Under the pieces are notes generated by a model. That model made no database searches, was not told the origin of the DNA, and saw only the letters and a program-made list of their open reading frames with translations. A DNA stretch of 64,000 bases from Eledone cirrhosa (taxonomy: Eukaryota), in NCBI GenBank assembly GCA_964016885.1, contig OZ024741.1, positions 72,540,001-72,604,000 of the forward strand. Direction: 5' to 3'. The translations under genes and the position numbers were made by a program. Positions 28,570 to 45,694 of this stretch are shown here, in pieces. The first letter of the stretch is position 1; each line of letters starts with the position of its first letter.

Positions 28570-30534
28570 CGGACTGAGCTCTCTGCTCTACGCAACCTTC
28601 GGCGTCGCGATAATCAGCTGACATAGGTGGCGCTGTGGTGGTTTGGAGCGCTGACCTCTATAGGGCTGAGGCTCTCCGCCAGCTTCACAATATACTTTTT
28701 TTACCGCCCTTTATCCTTCGATCCCACTCCTGGCTACAAACAACTCGTGTCTTCCTCCATCTACGAGCTCATCTCTTCCTCTCTCCTACCTCCACAGCCA
28801 CCAACCCTATTGCACACACACTCTTAGACCCACCATCTACTTCCTCCCTAACATACACAAACAAAATAATCCTGGCCATCCTATCGTTTCTGCGTGCAAC
28901 TGCCTCACTGATATAATTTCTGAATATTTAGACTCCATCCTCGCCTCGTGGTCGGCATTCTCTCCTCCCACAGCCACGATACAAATCATGCCCTTAGACT
29001 TTTCAACTCTCTCTCCTTCCCTCCTGGTCCCTCCCGCCTTCTCTTTACCCTGGACATCACCTCTCTCTATACCGTCATCCCTCATGATGACGGCCTCCGT
29101 GCTCTCCAGCATTTTTTAGATTTATGCCCTACCCCTTACCCCAACACTACCACTCTTCTCCGTCTGGCTGAGCTTGTTCTCACCCTTAATGGATTTTCTT
29201 TTTCGGGTGAATTTTACCAGCAGGTCTCTGGGGTAGCGATGGGGACCAAAATGAGTCCAAACTATGCCAACTTGTTTGTTGGCTATGTCGAAGCCTAGAT
29301 CTTCTCCCAGTACGCTGGACCGACTCCTGAGCTATACAGTCGTTATATCGACGACTGTATCGGCGCCACCTCTCTATCACGAGAACAGCTCGATTGTTTT
29401 CTTTCTTTTGTCCAATCTTTCCATCCTACTCTCAATTTCACTGCCTCTATCTCCGATTCTTCTGTCGCTTTTCTAGATATCTCTCTATCTATTAATCACT
29501 CTCACCATACCCTCTCTACTACCATTTACATTAAACCAACAGACTCCTGATCTTATTTCGACTTCGCCTCCTCCCATCCAACCCACACCAAACACTCCAT
29601 AGCCTATTCTCAATTCCTCCGACTTCGTCGGCTCTGTAGTCAGTCCGGCGATTTCGAAACCCATTCCCTTCGCATGGCTTCCTGCTTCATCTAGCATGGA
29701 TATTCCCCCACCCTGATCAAAGCTGGTCTCACCCACGCCCGTGAAACAGACCGCACCACAGCCCTCTCACCTCACCCCCGCCCTCCCAACACCCGCGTTC
29801 CTTTCCCTCTCACCTACCACCCCATCACCTTATCACTCCGGCGACATATCCTCCGTTCCTTCCGCATCCTCTCTTCTGACCCTGTCACTTCTCACTTTTT
29901 TCCAAATCCACCCATTACTGCTTTTAAGCACGCCCAACACCTCCGCGACCTCCTGGTTCGCAGTTCCTTCTCGTCCTCTCCCACGGCTCCACCCGGCTCT
30001 CATCCTTGTTCCCGTTCCCACTGCAACACTTGTCCCTTCATTTCCACCCTCACCACTCTTACAGGCCCTAACGGGTCTTTCCGTATCCACCATTCCTCCA
30101 CCTGCACATCCACCCACGTTGTCTATTCCCTCCAGTGTTCCCTTTGCGGGTCTTTATATATCGGACAAACGGGGCGCCGCATGGCGGACCGTTTTGCCGA
30201 GCATTTGAGGGACATACAACTCGGTTTGGATACTCCTGTCGCCCGTCATTTCTGTTCTCCTGGTCATTCTTCCCTACATGTTTCACAAGCCTCCCCAATT
30301 TCTCTAATACCCCGCCCATTATCACACCCCTAGATGCCTATCGCTTTCTCTTGATCATTAACATCTCTTACAACTAATACATGCCGACTATATATGCTCA
30401 CTCCACTTTCCTCTTCACTGCTCTGTATACCCACATACACACCCTTATATTAACAAACTTTTGATCATAGCTTCGTACTTACATGCACACATACTATTTT
30501 ACTCACATTTCTTCTTAGCTTCGTACGGGCGTAT

Positions 30535-30633
<99 letters not shown>

Positions 30634-30985
30634 CTTACGCACGTGCACAAGTATAGCTCTTTTTACAAAACGTTTTTTTTCCCATTTCAGGTAGACGCGC
30701 TCCATCATCCACTTTTCTAAAAAATAAATCATACACAAAACGCCAGCACCAACAGTTTTGTAAGAGATCTCAACATGAATGGACCTATTATTTTTATGTA
30801 AAGACATTTTTTCCAATTCCAACCCGCCCGCCCCCTCAATCTATCTTATTTCTCATTCTTTCTCCTGATGAAGGACTAGCGTCCGAAACGTTAAGACCCT
30901 CTTTCTGCTATATCAAGCGTTAATCTAATATATCCCTTCCATATACTGTAACGATTGTGTTGTTATTTCTGTTTACCTTTTACAC
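28570..30985 (+). mobile_element. Penelope-like element (Penelope/Poseidon type), disrupted, with 3' terminal HHR
   Basis: ADIGGAVVVW, LDITSLYTVIPH, GVAMGTKM, RYIDD and the GIY-YIG segment VVYSLQCSLCGSLYIGQTGRRMADRFAEH (~30118-30205). Linkage of the region after ~30300 is inferred. Confidence 0.85.
30861..30896 (+). ncRNA. Minimal type I hammerhead ribozyme
   Basis: CTGATGA-AGGACTAGCGTCC-GAAA-CG-TT. Palindromic stem III ACGT, weak stem I. Confidence 0.7.
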
Positions 30986-31101
30986 ACATACATACATATA
31001 TATATATAAGTATAGAAATTTCGTAGTTCTAAAGAATTACGATTTTAGGAAGTCGTAGCTATGCAAACACTGGTGGTGTCCAGCAGAAGCAAGGAGTACA
31101 A

Positions 31102-31143
31102 CCGTCTATGCATTTTAGGCTTGACTGGCCTTCGTCAGGACGG
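31102..31143 (-). ncRNA. Hammerhead ribozyme with mutated core (GAAA>AAAA)
   Basis: CCGTC-CTGACGA-AGGCCAGTCAAGCCT-AAAA-TGCA-TA-GACGG. Confidence 0.6.
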
Positions 31144-31375
31144 TCCCTCCCACCGCTTGCTACTGCTGGACTAAAAAATTTACGGCAGACCGGCAGACAC
31201 TAATGTTTCTGGGTGAGTACCCTTCATCAGTACCGTATACTGTTTACCTGCCAGAAACATTAGTGCCTGCCATTCTGTTTACATGCCAACACAAGAGCAA
31301 GAATGACGAGGTTGTTCTACTGACATGGCTTAAGAGGCGGTTTGCATAATTGCAAGCAAATCGAATATTATTCAC

Positions 31376-31481
31376 ATCCCGCCGAGGTTAACTTTGCCTT
31401 TCATCCTTACGGGGTCGATAAAATAAAGAACCAGTCACACACTGGGTATTGCTGGCCTTGTGCCTAACGTAGAAACAATTA
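31376..31481 (+). mobile_element. Family B SINE, 3' half
   Basis: ATCCCGCCGAGGTTAACTTTGCCTTTCATCCTTACGGGGTCG. Confidence 0.8.
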
Positions 31482-31543
31482 TTAATATTTGAAAAACTCA
31501 ACGTTACATTTCTTGTATATATATATATATATATATACACACG

Positions 31544-31579
<36 letters not shown>

Positions 31580-31636
31580 CACAGAGTGACACACAAACAC
31601 GCTAAGACGCGCGCGCGCGCACACACACACATACAT

Positions 31637-31696
<60 letters not shown>

Positions 31697-31953
31697 GCTC
31701 TAAATCAATTAGCACATAGATGGCGCTAGGAATGGTATTTTATTGGTACAGATGTTCTTTGCTTTCTACATGACCGGAAAACAAAAAAACCTTTGCAGGT
31801 TATGTCGATGTGACCAATTGTGATGTGTGAATGGCAGATAATAGAATTGTCTCATGACAAAACATCAAAGGCATGGACTGAATTTACAAACATACATACG
31901 TACGTACGTACATGTACACATATATACGTACATACATACATACATACAAATAT

Positions 31954-32934
31954 GGTGGCTGCCAACTCGTTTTCGAGTACGGCTACTACTTTATAACCAT
32001 GTAGGAGAACCCCTACCGATGCGCTGAGCAAGTATGAAATTTTAGTCCAGCCAGCGACTTGAAAACTCTGGTACAAACACTACACTTGTGACAATTATTG
32101 ACACATAGTGCTGGGCCCATGGTACCATGTGATGACAAGTGCAGAGAGATCTCCAGACATAAAGCAATGCCTGTGCCGTGAAGCTTTTATAGTGAGCAAA
32201 GGCACTGCACAAAGCCAGTCCCACTCTCTTAACCAAGATGATATTTACCAAAAAGAAGAACAAGTCAACATCATTGGATACCATCAGGGTTGCAGGTGTT
32301 ATATCAGAGTTTACCTTCTCCTAGAATTCTGCCTTGACAAAGGCTAAGGGGTCATCTCTCCTGGTGATTTTGGATGGCCATTGACTCTTAAGAGCTCCTT
32401 TGCCCTTTGACAGGTTTTGTTTTTAGTCCTGCAGGATGTCCAAAGTCACCCTCCTCACTAGGAAACCTTGGTGGGGTTGCCAGTTTAGTCGCCAACGACC
32501 CGACCATGAGACAGGTTGTACTGGGATACATGTTACCAGTAGCACCAACTGGTTACCATACATACAAATATACATGGTGGCTGCCAACTCGTTTTCGAGT
32601 ACGGCCACTACTTTATATCCATGTAGGAGAACCCCTACCGATGCGCTGAACGAGTGTGACGTTTTAGTCCAGCCAGCGACTTGAAAACTCTGGTACAAAC
32701 ACTACACTTGTGACAATTATTGACACATAGTGCTGGGCCCATGGTACCATGTAACGACAAGTGCAGAGAGATCTTCAGATATAAAGCAATGCCTGTGCCG
32801 TGAAGCTTTTATAATGATCAAAGGCATCAGGGTTGCAGGTGTTATATCAGAGTTTTCCTTCTCCTAGAATTCTGCCTTGACAAAGGCTAAGGGGTCATCT
32901 CTTCCGGTGATTTTGAATGGCCATTGACTCTTAA
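31954..32934 (-). mobile_element. Two tandem copies of the ~600-bp (TATG)n-associated element
   Basis: 31954-32557 is full length. 32576-32934 is truncated and internally deleted. (CATA)n lies at every junction. Confidence 0.8.
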
Positions 32935-32972
32935 CATACATACATACATACATACATACATACATACATACA

Positions 32973-33006
<34 letters not shown>

Positions 33007-33432
33007 CATATATACGTACATACACACATATATACATACATAATACATACATAATACATACATAATACATACATATATACATACATAATACATACATACA
33101 TATATAATACATACATACATATATATGTACATACACAGATACATATCTATGTACATACACACATACATATATATGTACATACACACACATACATACATAC
33201 ATAAATACATACATACATATCTGTACATACACACGTACATATACTTTCATTCAGACACACACATACTCGCACACACACACATACACGCACACGCACACAC
33301 ACACACACATATATAAGTATACAAAATATATACATACATATATACATCTGTACATACATTCATACAGGCATACATAGATGCACGGATACATACATACGTA
33401 TATATTTTAATTTTAATTATATCTCATATAAA

Positions 33433-33599
33433 ATAATTGTTTCTACTTTAGGCACAAGGCCAGCAATTACCCAGTACATTACTAGTACTTTATTTTATCG
33501 ACCCCGTAAGGATGAAAGGCAAAGTTAACCTCGGCGGGATTTGAACTCAGATCGTAAAGGGACGTAACTATGCTAGAAAGCATGGCGTCCAACCCTCTC
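33433..33599 (-). mobile_element. Family B SINE copy
   Basis: Same motifs as 402-585. Confidence 0.85.
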
Positions 33600-33741
33600 T
33601 GGCTTTCCACAAAATACATATAGTTAGCACCCCAAACACAAAATTGGGATTATACTAACATATCCTAATGTTTGTTGAGTGATATGGTTACCAGTCGGAG
33701 TTTAGCTTAAAGCTTTCTCTGTTATTGTATTAAATACGTTC

Positions 33742-33786
<45 letters not shown>

Positions 33787-34297
33787 GTTTTAATATAGAT
33801 GAGATTCTACAGGACTAGAACTGTTTCATTCTTTAGAAATCATCAGGAATCTGGGTATCAAAAAGTAAGTATGGTATTTATAGGTCTCTACAAGTGGTAG
33901 GAGAGGGTGGGGAGTGGGATGGATGAAGGTCATTGGTTGATAGAAAAGGGAATTCATTAAAAGCTAATTCTACAAAGCTATAGTTTATTTTTATTTTTAG
34001 AGTAACAAAGGCAGAAAGAATTCTATAAACAGGTTCAGGATGGGGTGCCACTCCTTATTATTAAGTTTCTCTTAACAGGTGTCTATAAGATCAGTGGGGG
34101 TCAGTCATGGTAGATAGATTTAAAGGAAAGGGAGATTCTTTATTCTCTAAGTGACAAAGGTTTAGAGAATTCTGTAGACAAATTGAAAATATTGAGTGCA
34201 TATCATACGATTATCTTCAAATTTCTCTTAAACTATTCAACTATATGCCAAAAATCAACAGACACATTCACAAACACACTCACTCACACACTCGCGC
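33787..34297 (-). mobile_element. PLE-type terminal repeat carrying an HHR (33802-33852)
   Basis: Reverse complement of 44636-45166. Confidence 0.75.
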
Positions 34298-36108
34298 GAT
34301 TGCGGAATATAAAAAATCCCCTAATCTTTATGTCTCCTCCGATAAAACCAAAACGTTTATGAGGTAGACCCACAGACCTACAATAAGCTGGCAAAAATTG
34401 CCATCCCGACCACCTACAAAAAGGTAATAGAGATGGCATTGACTGAGACAAACGGGGCCGGAAAAGAAATCGCCAAGTCCCTTAAATTACACGACCGAAC
34501 CGAACCTTTAAGGGTAAAGACCCCGCACTTTACCCTGAAGGACCATAAGGGAAACTTCCTCAACAAACCATCAGTCAGACTTATCAACCCCACTCGTTCA
34601 GACATCGACTCTATCAGTAAGAAGATCCTGGATAGAGTTCTACCACCATTGCGGGCTGCCTCACCACTCCCACTCTGGAGCAGAACATCTGAGGCAATAT
34701 CATGGTTCCAAGAATTACCCGACAAACACCACACTCGCTGCCTGCAACTCGACATAGAAAACTACTATGCCTCTATCTCGGAGCCCCTCCTGAAGGACGC
34801 AATTAACTTTGCCAGGAATTTTACCACCATTACCGATGCTTAGCAAGTTGTTATCCTCCACGCCCGTAGGACCTTTCTATACCACGATGGATCTTACTGG
34901 ATCAACAAGAAATCTCCGACCTCATTCGACGTTAGCATGGGAGCGAGTGACTCGGCTGAAATTAGCGACCTTGTGGGCTTGTACATCCTACATCACATGA
35001 AGAACCTCTTTACCGGCCTAACCGGAGGTTTATACCGAGACGACGGCCTCTTCGCCCTGCATAAGGTTAACCCCAGAAGCACCGATGGGTTTCGGAAAAA
35101 CTTAAGCTCATTCTTCTCTAATCTAGGATTTAGTATAACTATAGAATCTAATTTGACTAGGGCCAACTTCTTAGATGTCACTCTCGACCTAGATACTTCC
35201 CTCTATTACCCGTACCACAAACCTAACGAGTCCCTTAGATATATTAATGTTAATTCAAACCACCCCCAAAACATCACTGATAACCTAGTAAAAAGCGTCT
35301 CTATTAGAATATCTGGCCTCTCCGCCAACAGAGATATTTTTAACGCATCTGCCTCCTACTACAATGACGCCCTCGCCCGCAGCGGATTTAAAGAAAAGAT
35401 AACATACCTAGAAACCACCGCAAAATTGCAGAGGAGGAATAGACATAGGCAGATTAGCTGGTACAACCCTCCCTTCAATAGAGAGGTCTCCACACCGATA
35501 GCTAGGATTTTCTTCACTTTGCTGAAATTACACTTCCCCATGCAACATAGGTACCACACCATCTTTAATAAGAACACAATAAGACTCTCCTACTCCACCA
35601 CACCTAACCTAGCTAGGAATATAGCCAACCACAATTCTAAAAAATTAAATAAGCCAACCACCTCCGAACCCAATCCCGGACTGGGGCTCTGTGTAATTGC
35701 CTAAATAAGGAAGCATGCCCACTTGAAAACAAATGCCTCACAAATGATATCGTATACAAATGCGATGTCATCTCAGGCACCGATGATTGCAAAAAAACTT
35801 ACATCGGCATGACCTCCAACAACTTTAAGACCCGTTGGTATGCCCATACCCACCCCTTCAGAAGACCGGACAAATCAAACCAGACAACACTCGCCTCCTA
35901 TGTTTGGGACCTCAAAAGGAACTCCACCCCCTTCACGATTAAATGGAAAATACTCCAGAAAGCGCGCTCTTACAACGGAGGACACAAGGGCTGCGACCTT
36001 TGTATCTCAGAGAGCTACGAAATCTTATTCGCCAAGGGCCCGCTACTGAACAAACTCTCTGAACACTGCCCGAACTGCATGCACAAGAACTTTGCAACTT
36101 TCAAATAA
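34298..36108 (+). pseudogene. Neptune-type PLE ORF (RT + GIY-YIG), disrupted
   Basis: TLKDHK...RLINP, DIENYY, MGASDSAEISDLVG, LYRDD, WYNPPF, IVYKC...YIGMTSNNFKTRW, CDLC. Stop at ~34841 and frameshift at ~35700. Confidence 0.9.
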
Positions 36109-36269
36109 TTTAAGCCAGTGTTAAAGCCCGATGGCTAAAAACGACCTCCCCCTATTGGCCCCTATACCTCCTTCCCACCCTACCCCCACCCCTCCTCAAC
36201 CTGAAATACGGCCACTATGGTTATGTGAGTACCTCTTACCTTTCTGCATTTTCTGCCTGTAGAGCTGTT

Positions 36270-36663
36270 TTTATGTGCCTGTGTATATGCGTATATTTAT
36301 TGAGTACTTATTTATTTGTATGTGTATATATTTGTGTGTATGTGTGTATATGTATGTGTATGTATGTGTATGTGTATGTATGTGTGTGTGTCCACACACA
36401 TATATATATGTATATATATATATGTGTATATATATATATATTTGTGTATGTGTGTATATGTGTGTGTATGTGTGTATGTGTGTGTGTGTGTATATATATA
36501 TGTATATATATATATATATATATGAGTATATATATATATGCGTGTCTGTGTGTATGGGTATTTGTGTGTATGTGTTTGTGTGGTTCTCTCCCTGTGTGTG
36601 TATTTATTTATTTATTTATTATTTATATATATGTGTGTGTGTGTGTGTATATATGTGTATATA

Positions 36664-36734
<71 letters not shown>

Positions 36735-37031
36735 ATATATATATATATGTATACGTGTATATATATATATATATATATGTGTGTGTATATATATGTATAT
36801 ATATGTATGTGTGTGTGTGTGTATATATGTGTGTATATGTGTGTATATATGTATATGTGTGTGTATATGTATGTATATGAATATATATATATATATGTAT
36901 ATATATATGTGTATATATATATATATATATGTATGTATATGTATATGTGTATGTATGTGTATATATATATATATGTATATATATTTATTTATTTATGTAT
37001 TTGTATGTGTGTACGTATGTGTGTGTATATT

Positions 37032-37074
<43 letters not shown>

Positions 37075-37334
37075 ATGTGTATTTGTGTGTATGTGTGTAA
37101 GTGTGTGTGTATATATATATGTGTGTGTGTATGTATGTATATGTATATATATATATATATGTGTGTATATATATATATATGTATGTGTATAAATATATAT
37201 ATATGTATATGTATGTGTATGTGTGTGTGTGTATGTATATATATATATCTATATATATATATATCTATATATATATGTGTATGTGTGTATATATGTGTAT
37301 GTGTGTGTATTTATATATATATATATATATATGC

Positions 37335-37432
<98 letters not shown>

Positions 37433-37813
37433 AGCATCCCAAATGTCAGCTCAAAAGTGACACAGAGGAGACTGAAGTAAGCTGGACATGCTCACCGACA
37501 TCCAGAGTTGACATTGCACTCAGTGCACCTTTGGGAGCCCCTACATGGACACACTAGAAGAGGAAGACCAAGGTTAACGTATGTTGATGCCATAAGGATA
37601 GCCACTGGTCTGTTGGAGACGCAGGACATGGCAGCGATAATGAGGGACAGAGACCGCTGGAGAGAACTCGTCCATGGATCTCGGGAATTTTACCCGCCTT
37701 AGATATATATATATATATAAATGTATATATATATGTATATATGTATATGTGTATATATATATATGTATATATGTATGTGTGTGTATTTGTATGTGTGTAT
37801 ATATATGTATATA

Positions 37814-37870
<57 letters not shown>
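36270..37870. repeat. Long (TA)n/(TG)n compound microsatellite interrupted by an RTE fragment
   Basis: Seen directly. Confidence 0.95.
37430..37702 (+). mobile_element. RTE-like LINE 3' fragment
   Basis: [20 protein letters not shown]...[11 protein letters not shown], a typical RTE-group C-terminus. Confidence 0.75.
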
Positions 37871-37875
<5 letters not shown>

Positions 37876-38880
37876 CAAATAACGAAACGAAATTAAATTT
37901 CGTTTCGTTTGTAACTCACTTTTGTATGACTGACGCTTAAACAATTAAGTTAAAAATGTACATCTACATATGCATACTGAAATACTAGTATGCATATGAA
38001 TACACACACGTATACATATGTAGATGTACCAAGTCTTTCACTGGTTACTTTACTGTGAGTATCCAGCTATTCTGTATGTAAACACACAGACAAACCGGTT
38101 TTTAGAGTCATACTGGTTTTTGAGGAAGCACCTTTCCTCTATTCTCTAGAAAGCCAGACAAGGAATATTGAACTAGTTTCGTTGTTGTTACAACTCATCA
38201 ACAATATTTCAGCAATATTTACCTATCTACCGGCCTTTCTGGAGAATCGTAAAAGCACATATCGTTATATGCTTTTTCTATGAAAATTAGTAGTGGGCAG
38301 ACTAATTTGCATAGAGTGTGAGTACGTACCGGTTCAACGGAGACGATAAAAACAAATAACGAAACGAAATTAAATTTCGTTTCGTTTGTAACTCACTTTT
38401 GTATGACTGACGCTTAAACAAAAAATGTACATCTACATATGCATACTGAAATACTACATATGCATACTGAAATACACAGAATAGAGGAAAGGTGTTTCCT
38501 CAAAAACCAGTATGACTCTAAAAACCGGTTTGTCTGTGTGTTTACATACATAATAGCTGGATACTCACAGTAAAGTAACCAGTGAAAGACTTGGTACATC
38601 TACATATGTATACGTGTGTGTATTCATATGCATACTAGTATTTCAGTATGCATATGTAGATGTACATTTTTAACTTAATTGTTTAAGCGTCAGTCATACA
38701 AAAGTGAGTTACAAACGAAACGAAATTTAATTTCGTTTCGTTATTTGTTTTTATCGTCTCCGTTGAACCGGTACGTACTCACACTCTATGCAAATTAGTC
38801 TGCCCACTACTAATTTTCATAGAAAAAGCATATAACGATATGTGCTTTTACGATTCTCCAGAAAGGCCGGTAGATAGGTA

Positions 38881-38925
38881 AATATTGCTGATGAGTTGTA
38901 ACAACAACGAAACTAGTTCAATATT
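38881..38925 (+). ncRNA. Minimal type I hammerhead ribozyme
   Basis: AATATTG-CTGATGA-GTTGTAACAACAAC-GAAA-CTAG-TT-CAATATT: 7-bp stem I, 5-bp stem II, palindromic stem III ACTAGT. Confidence 0.88.
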
Positions 38926-39346
38926 CCTTGTCTGGCTTTCTGGAGAATAGAGGAAAGGTGTTTCCTCAAAAACCAGTATGACTCTAAAAACCGTTTTGTC
39001 TGTGTGTTTACATACAGAATAGCTGGATACTCACAGTAAAGTAACCAGTGAAAGACTTGGTACATCTACATATGTATACGTGTGTGTATTCATATGCATA
39101 ATAGTATTTCAGTATGCATATGTAGATGTACATTTTTAACTTAATTGTTTAAGCGTCAGTCATACAAAAGTGAGTTACAAACGAAACGAAATTTAATTTC
39201 GTTTCGTTATTTGTTTTTATCGTCTCCGTTGAACCGGTACGTACTCACACTCTATGCAAATTAGTCTGCCCACTACTAATTTTCATAGAAAAAGCATATA
39301 ACGATATGTGCTTTTGCGATTCTCCAGAAAGGCCGGTAGATAGGTA

Positions 39347-39391
39347 AATATTGCTGATGAGTTATAACAACAACGAAACTAGTTCAATATT
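39347..39391 (+). ncRNA. Minimal type I hammerhead ribozyme (next unit)
   Basis: As 38881, with one mismatch in stem II. Confidence 0.82.
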
Positions 39392-40289
39392 CCTTGTCTG
39401 GCTTTCTGGAGAATAGAGGAAAGGTGTTTCCTCAAAAACCAGTATGACTCTAAAAACCGGTTTGTCTGTGTGTTTACATACAGAATAGCTGGATACTCAC
39501 AGTAAAGTAACCAGTGAAAGACTTGGTACATCTACATATGTATACGTGTGTGTATTCATATGCATACTAGTATTTCAGTATGCATATGTAGATGTACATT
39601 TTTAACTTAATTGTTTATATATATATATATATATATATATTTATTAAAATAACAGATTAAAGTTTAAGCAAAGAATCGCTGCTTTCACCCTTAACGGGAT
39701 CTTCTGAAACTAACAAAGTCAATCTGTAAACGCAGAACTGGATATTTCAAAAAACGTTGCAACCGGAGGAAGACAGGAAGACGATACTTTGGTTCCTGGA
39801 AACATTCGCTGGCAAAGAACGGGAAAAAACGAATATAATTGTTTCTACTTTAGGCACAAGGCCAGCAATTACCCAGTTCATTAATAGGAGCGGTGAAAAA
39901 CAATTACGCGCAAAGACAGAACCACGTTTATGGTATAGAAGAGGTCGTAGACTAATGTTCTCTTAGGTGGTGCATAGAGACGTTCTCTGGCAATGAACGA
40001 AAAAAACGAAGATAATACGTCATATGTGGAGCGTGGAGAACAATAGCACGCAAAGACAAAACCACGTAAATGGTATAGCAGAAGTCGTAGACTAAAATTC
40101 TAACTAGGAGACCGAATGAATCTCCGCTTCAGAGTTAAGAATAAAGTAAATAAATACAATACAGAGGTAATAGATTTTAAATAAATACATACACGCATGC
40201 AAATACGTACATACACAAGCATACGCGAAAACACTTACCATAGGTATACAAAACCACGCACGTATAAATATTGTTTCTATGTATATTAT

Positions 40290-44578
<4,289 letters not shown>

Positions 44579-44635
44579 GTATGTGTGTGTGTGTATATAT
44601 ATGTATATGTGTATGTGTGTGTGTTTATGGGTGCG

Positions 44636-45235
44636 CGCGAGTGTGTGAGTGAGTGTATTTGTGAATGTGTCTGTTGATTTTTGGCATATAGTTGAATAGT
44701 TTAAGAGAAATTTGAGGATAATTGTATGATATGCACTCAATATTTTGAATTTGTCTACAGAGTTCTCTAAACCTTTGTCACTTAGTAGAACCTTAAAGAA
44801 TTTAGCTTTTAAAGGATCTCCCTTTCCTTTAAATCTATCTACCATGACTGACCCCCACTGATCTTATAGACACCCGTTAAGAGAAACTTAATAATAATGA
44901 GTGGCACCCCATCCTGAACCTGTTTATAGAATTCTTTCTGCCTTTGTTACTCTAAAAATAAAAATAAACTATAGCTTTGTAGAATTAGCTTTTAATGAAT
45001 TCCCTTTTCTATCAACCAATGACCTTCATCCATCCCACTCCCCACCCTCTCCTACCACTTGTAGAGACCTATAAATACCATACTTACTTTTTGATACCCA
45101 GATTCCTGATGATTTCTAAAGAATGAAACAGTTCTAGTCCTGTAGAATCTCATCTATATTAAAACTTTTATACTCTGCAATGTATTGAGTACCTTACTTA
45201 CTGTGGTTTCCTCCGATTCAACCCGGAATAACGTA
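44636..45235 (+). mobile_element. PLE-type terminal segment
   Basis: Inverted relative to 33787-34297. Contains an HHR. Confidence 0.72.
45100..45150 (+). ncRNA. Type I hammerhead ribozyme with a true stem III
   Basis: AGATTC-CTGATGA-TTTCTAAAGAAT-GAAA-CAG TTCTAGTC CTG-TA-GAATCT. Confidence 0.85.
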
Positions 45236-45257
45236 TATATATATATATATATATATA

Positions 45258-45460
45258 TGACAGTTGAAAATTGCAAACTTGACTGTCACCACACATTATG
45301 AACCTGAAGATTGCGAAAGCATGAAAGTGAAAGTACTTGTTCAATTAACACTTAACATTTAATATTCTACCATACTATTTCATTCTAATAACATTATAAA
45401 TTTAAAAAAATTGTAAATAAAACGAGTAAATCAGACAAAGTTGGAATTCCTTTTATTAAT
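45258..45460 (+). mobile_element. Solo PLE terminal repeat (family of 19828-22233) with HHR at 45299-45343
   Basis: Reverse complement of 19828-20025. The HHR carries a 6-nt GAAAGT duplication. Confidence 0.8.
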
Positions 45461-45538
45461 ATATATATGTATATACATATATTTCGTTTCCGAATTTGTT
45501 TAGCAAGATTCTTTATCTGAAAACGTGTGTTGAAACCG

Positions 45539-45659
45539 ATATTGTAATACTTTGGGAGGGTGATGTTGCCAATAAGAAACACACGCACCAGTTGCTTTCA
45601 CTTCTCAAAGCAACTGGTGCGTGTGTTTCTTATTGGCAACATGACTCTCCCAAAGTATT

Positions 45660-45666
<7 letters not shown>
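45539..45666. repeat. 128-bp fold-back (arms of ~60 bp)
   Basis: ATATTGTAATACTTTGGGAG...GCACCAGTTGCTTT / AAAGCAACTGGTGC...CTCCCAAAGTATTACAATAT. Confidence 0.9.

Positions 45667-45694
<28 letters not shown>

Larger units (their letters stand above)
37871..39617. mobile_element. 466-bp tandem array with one hammerhead per unit and an internal inversion (candidate retrozyme)
   Basis: AGAATAGAGGAAAGG recurs at 38478, 38944 and 39410 (period 466). 37871-38477 is ~1.3 units in the opposite orientation. (TA)n flanks both sides. Confidence 0.85.

Noticed and set aside
36225-37557. Long Y/I/C/V ORFs (also at 1.4, 17, 33 and 46-47 kb)
   Set aside because: (TA)n/(TG)n read-throughs.
39887-40101. Diverged ~75-bp direct repeat (period ~140 bp)
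   Set aside because: Ordinary old local duplication with no associated motif.
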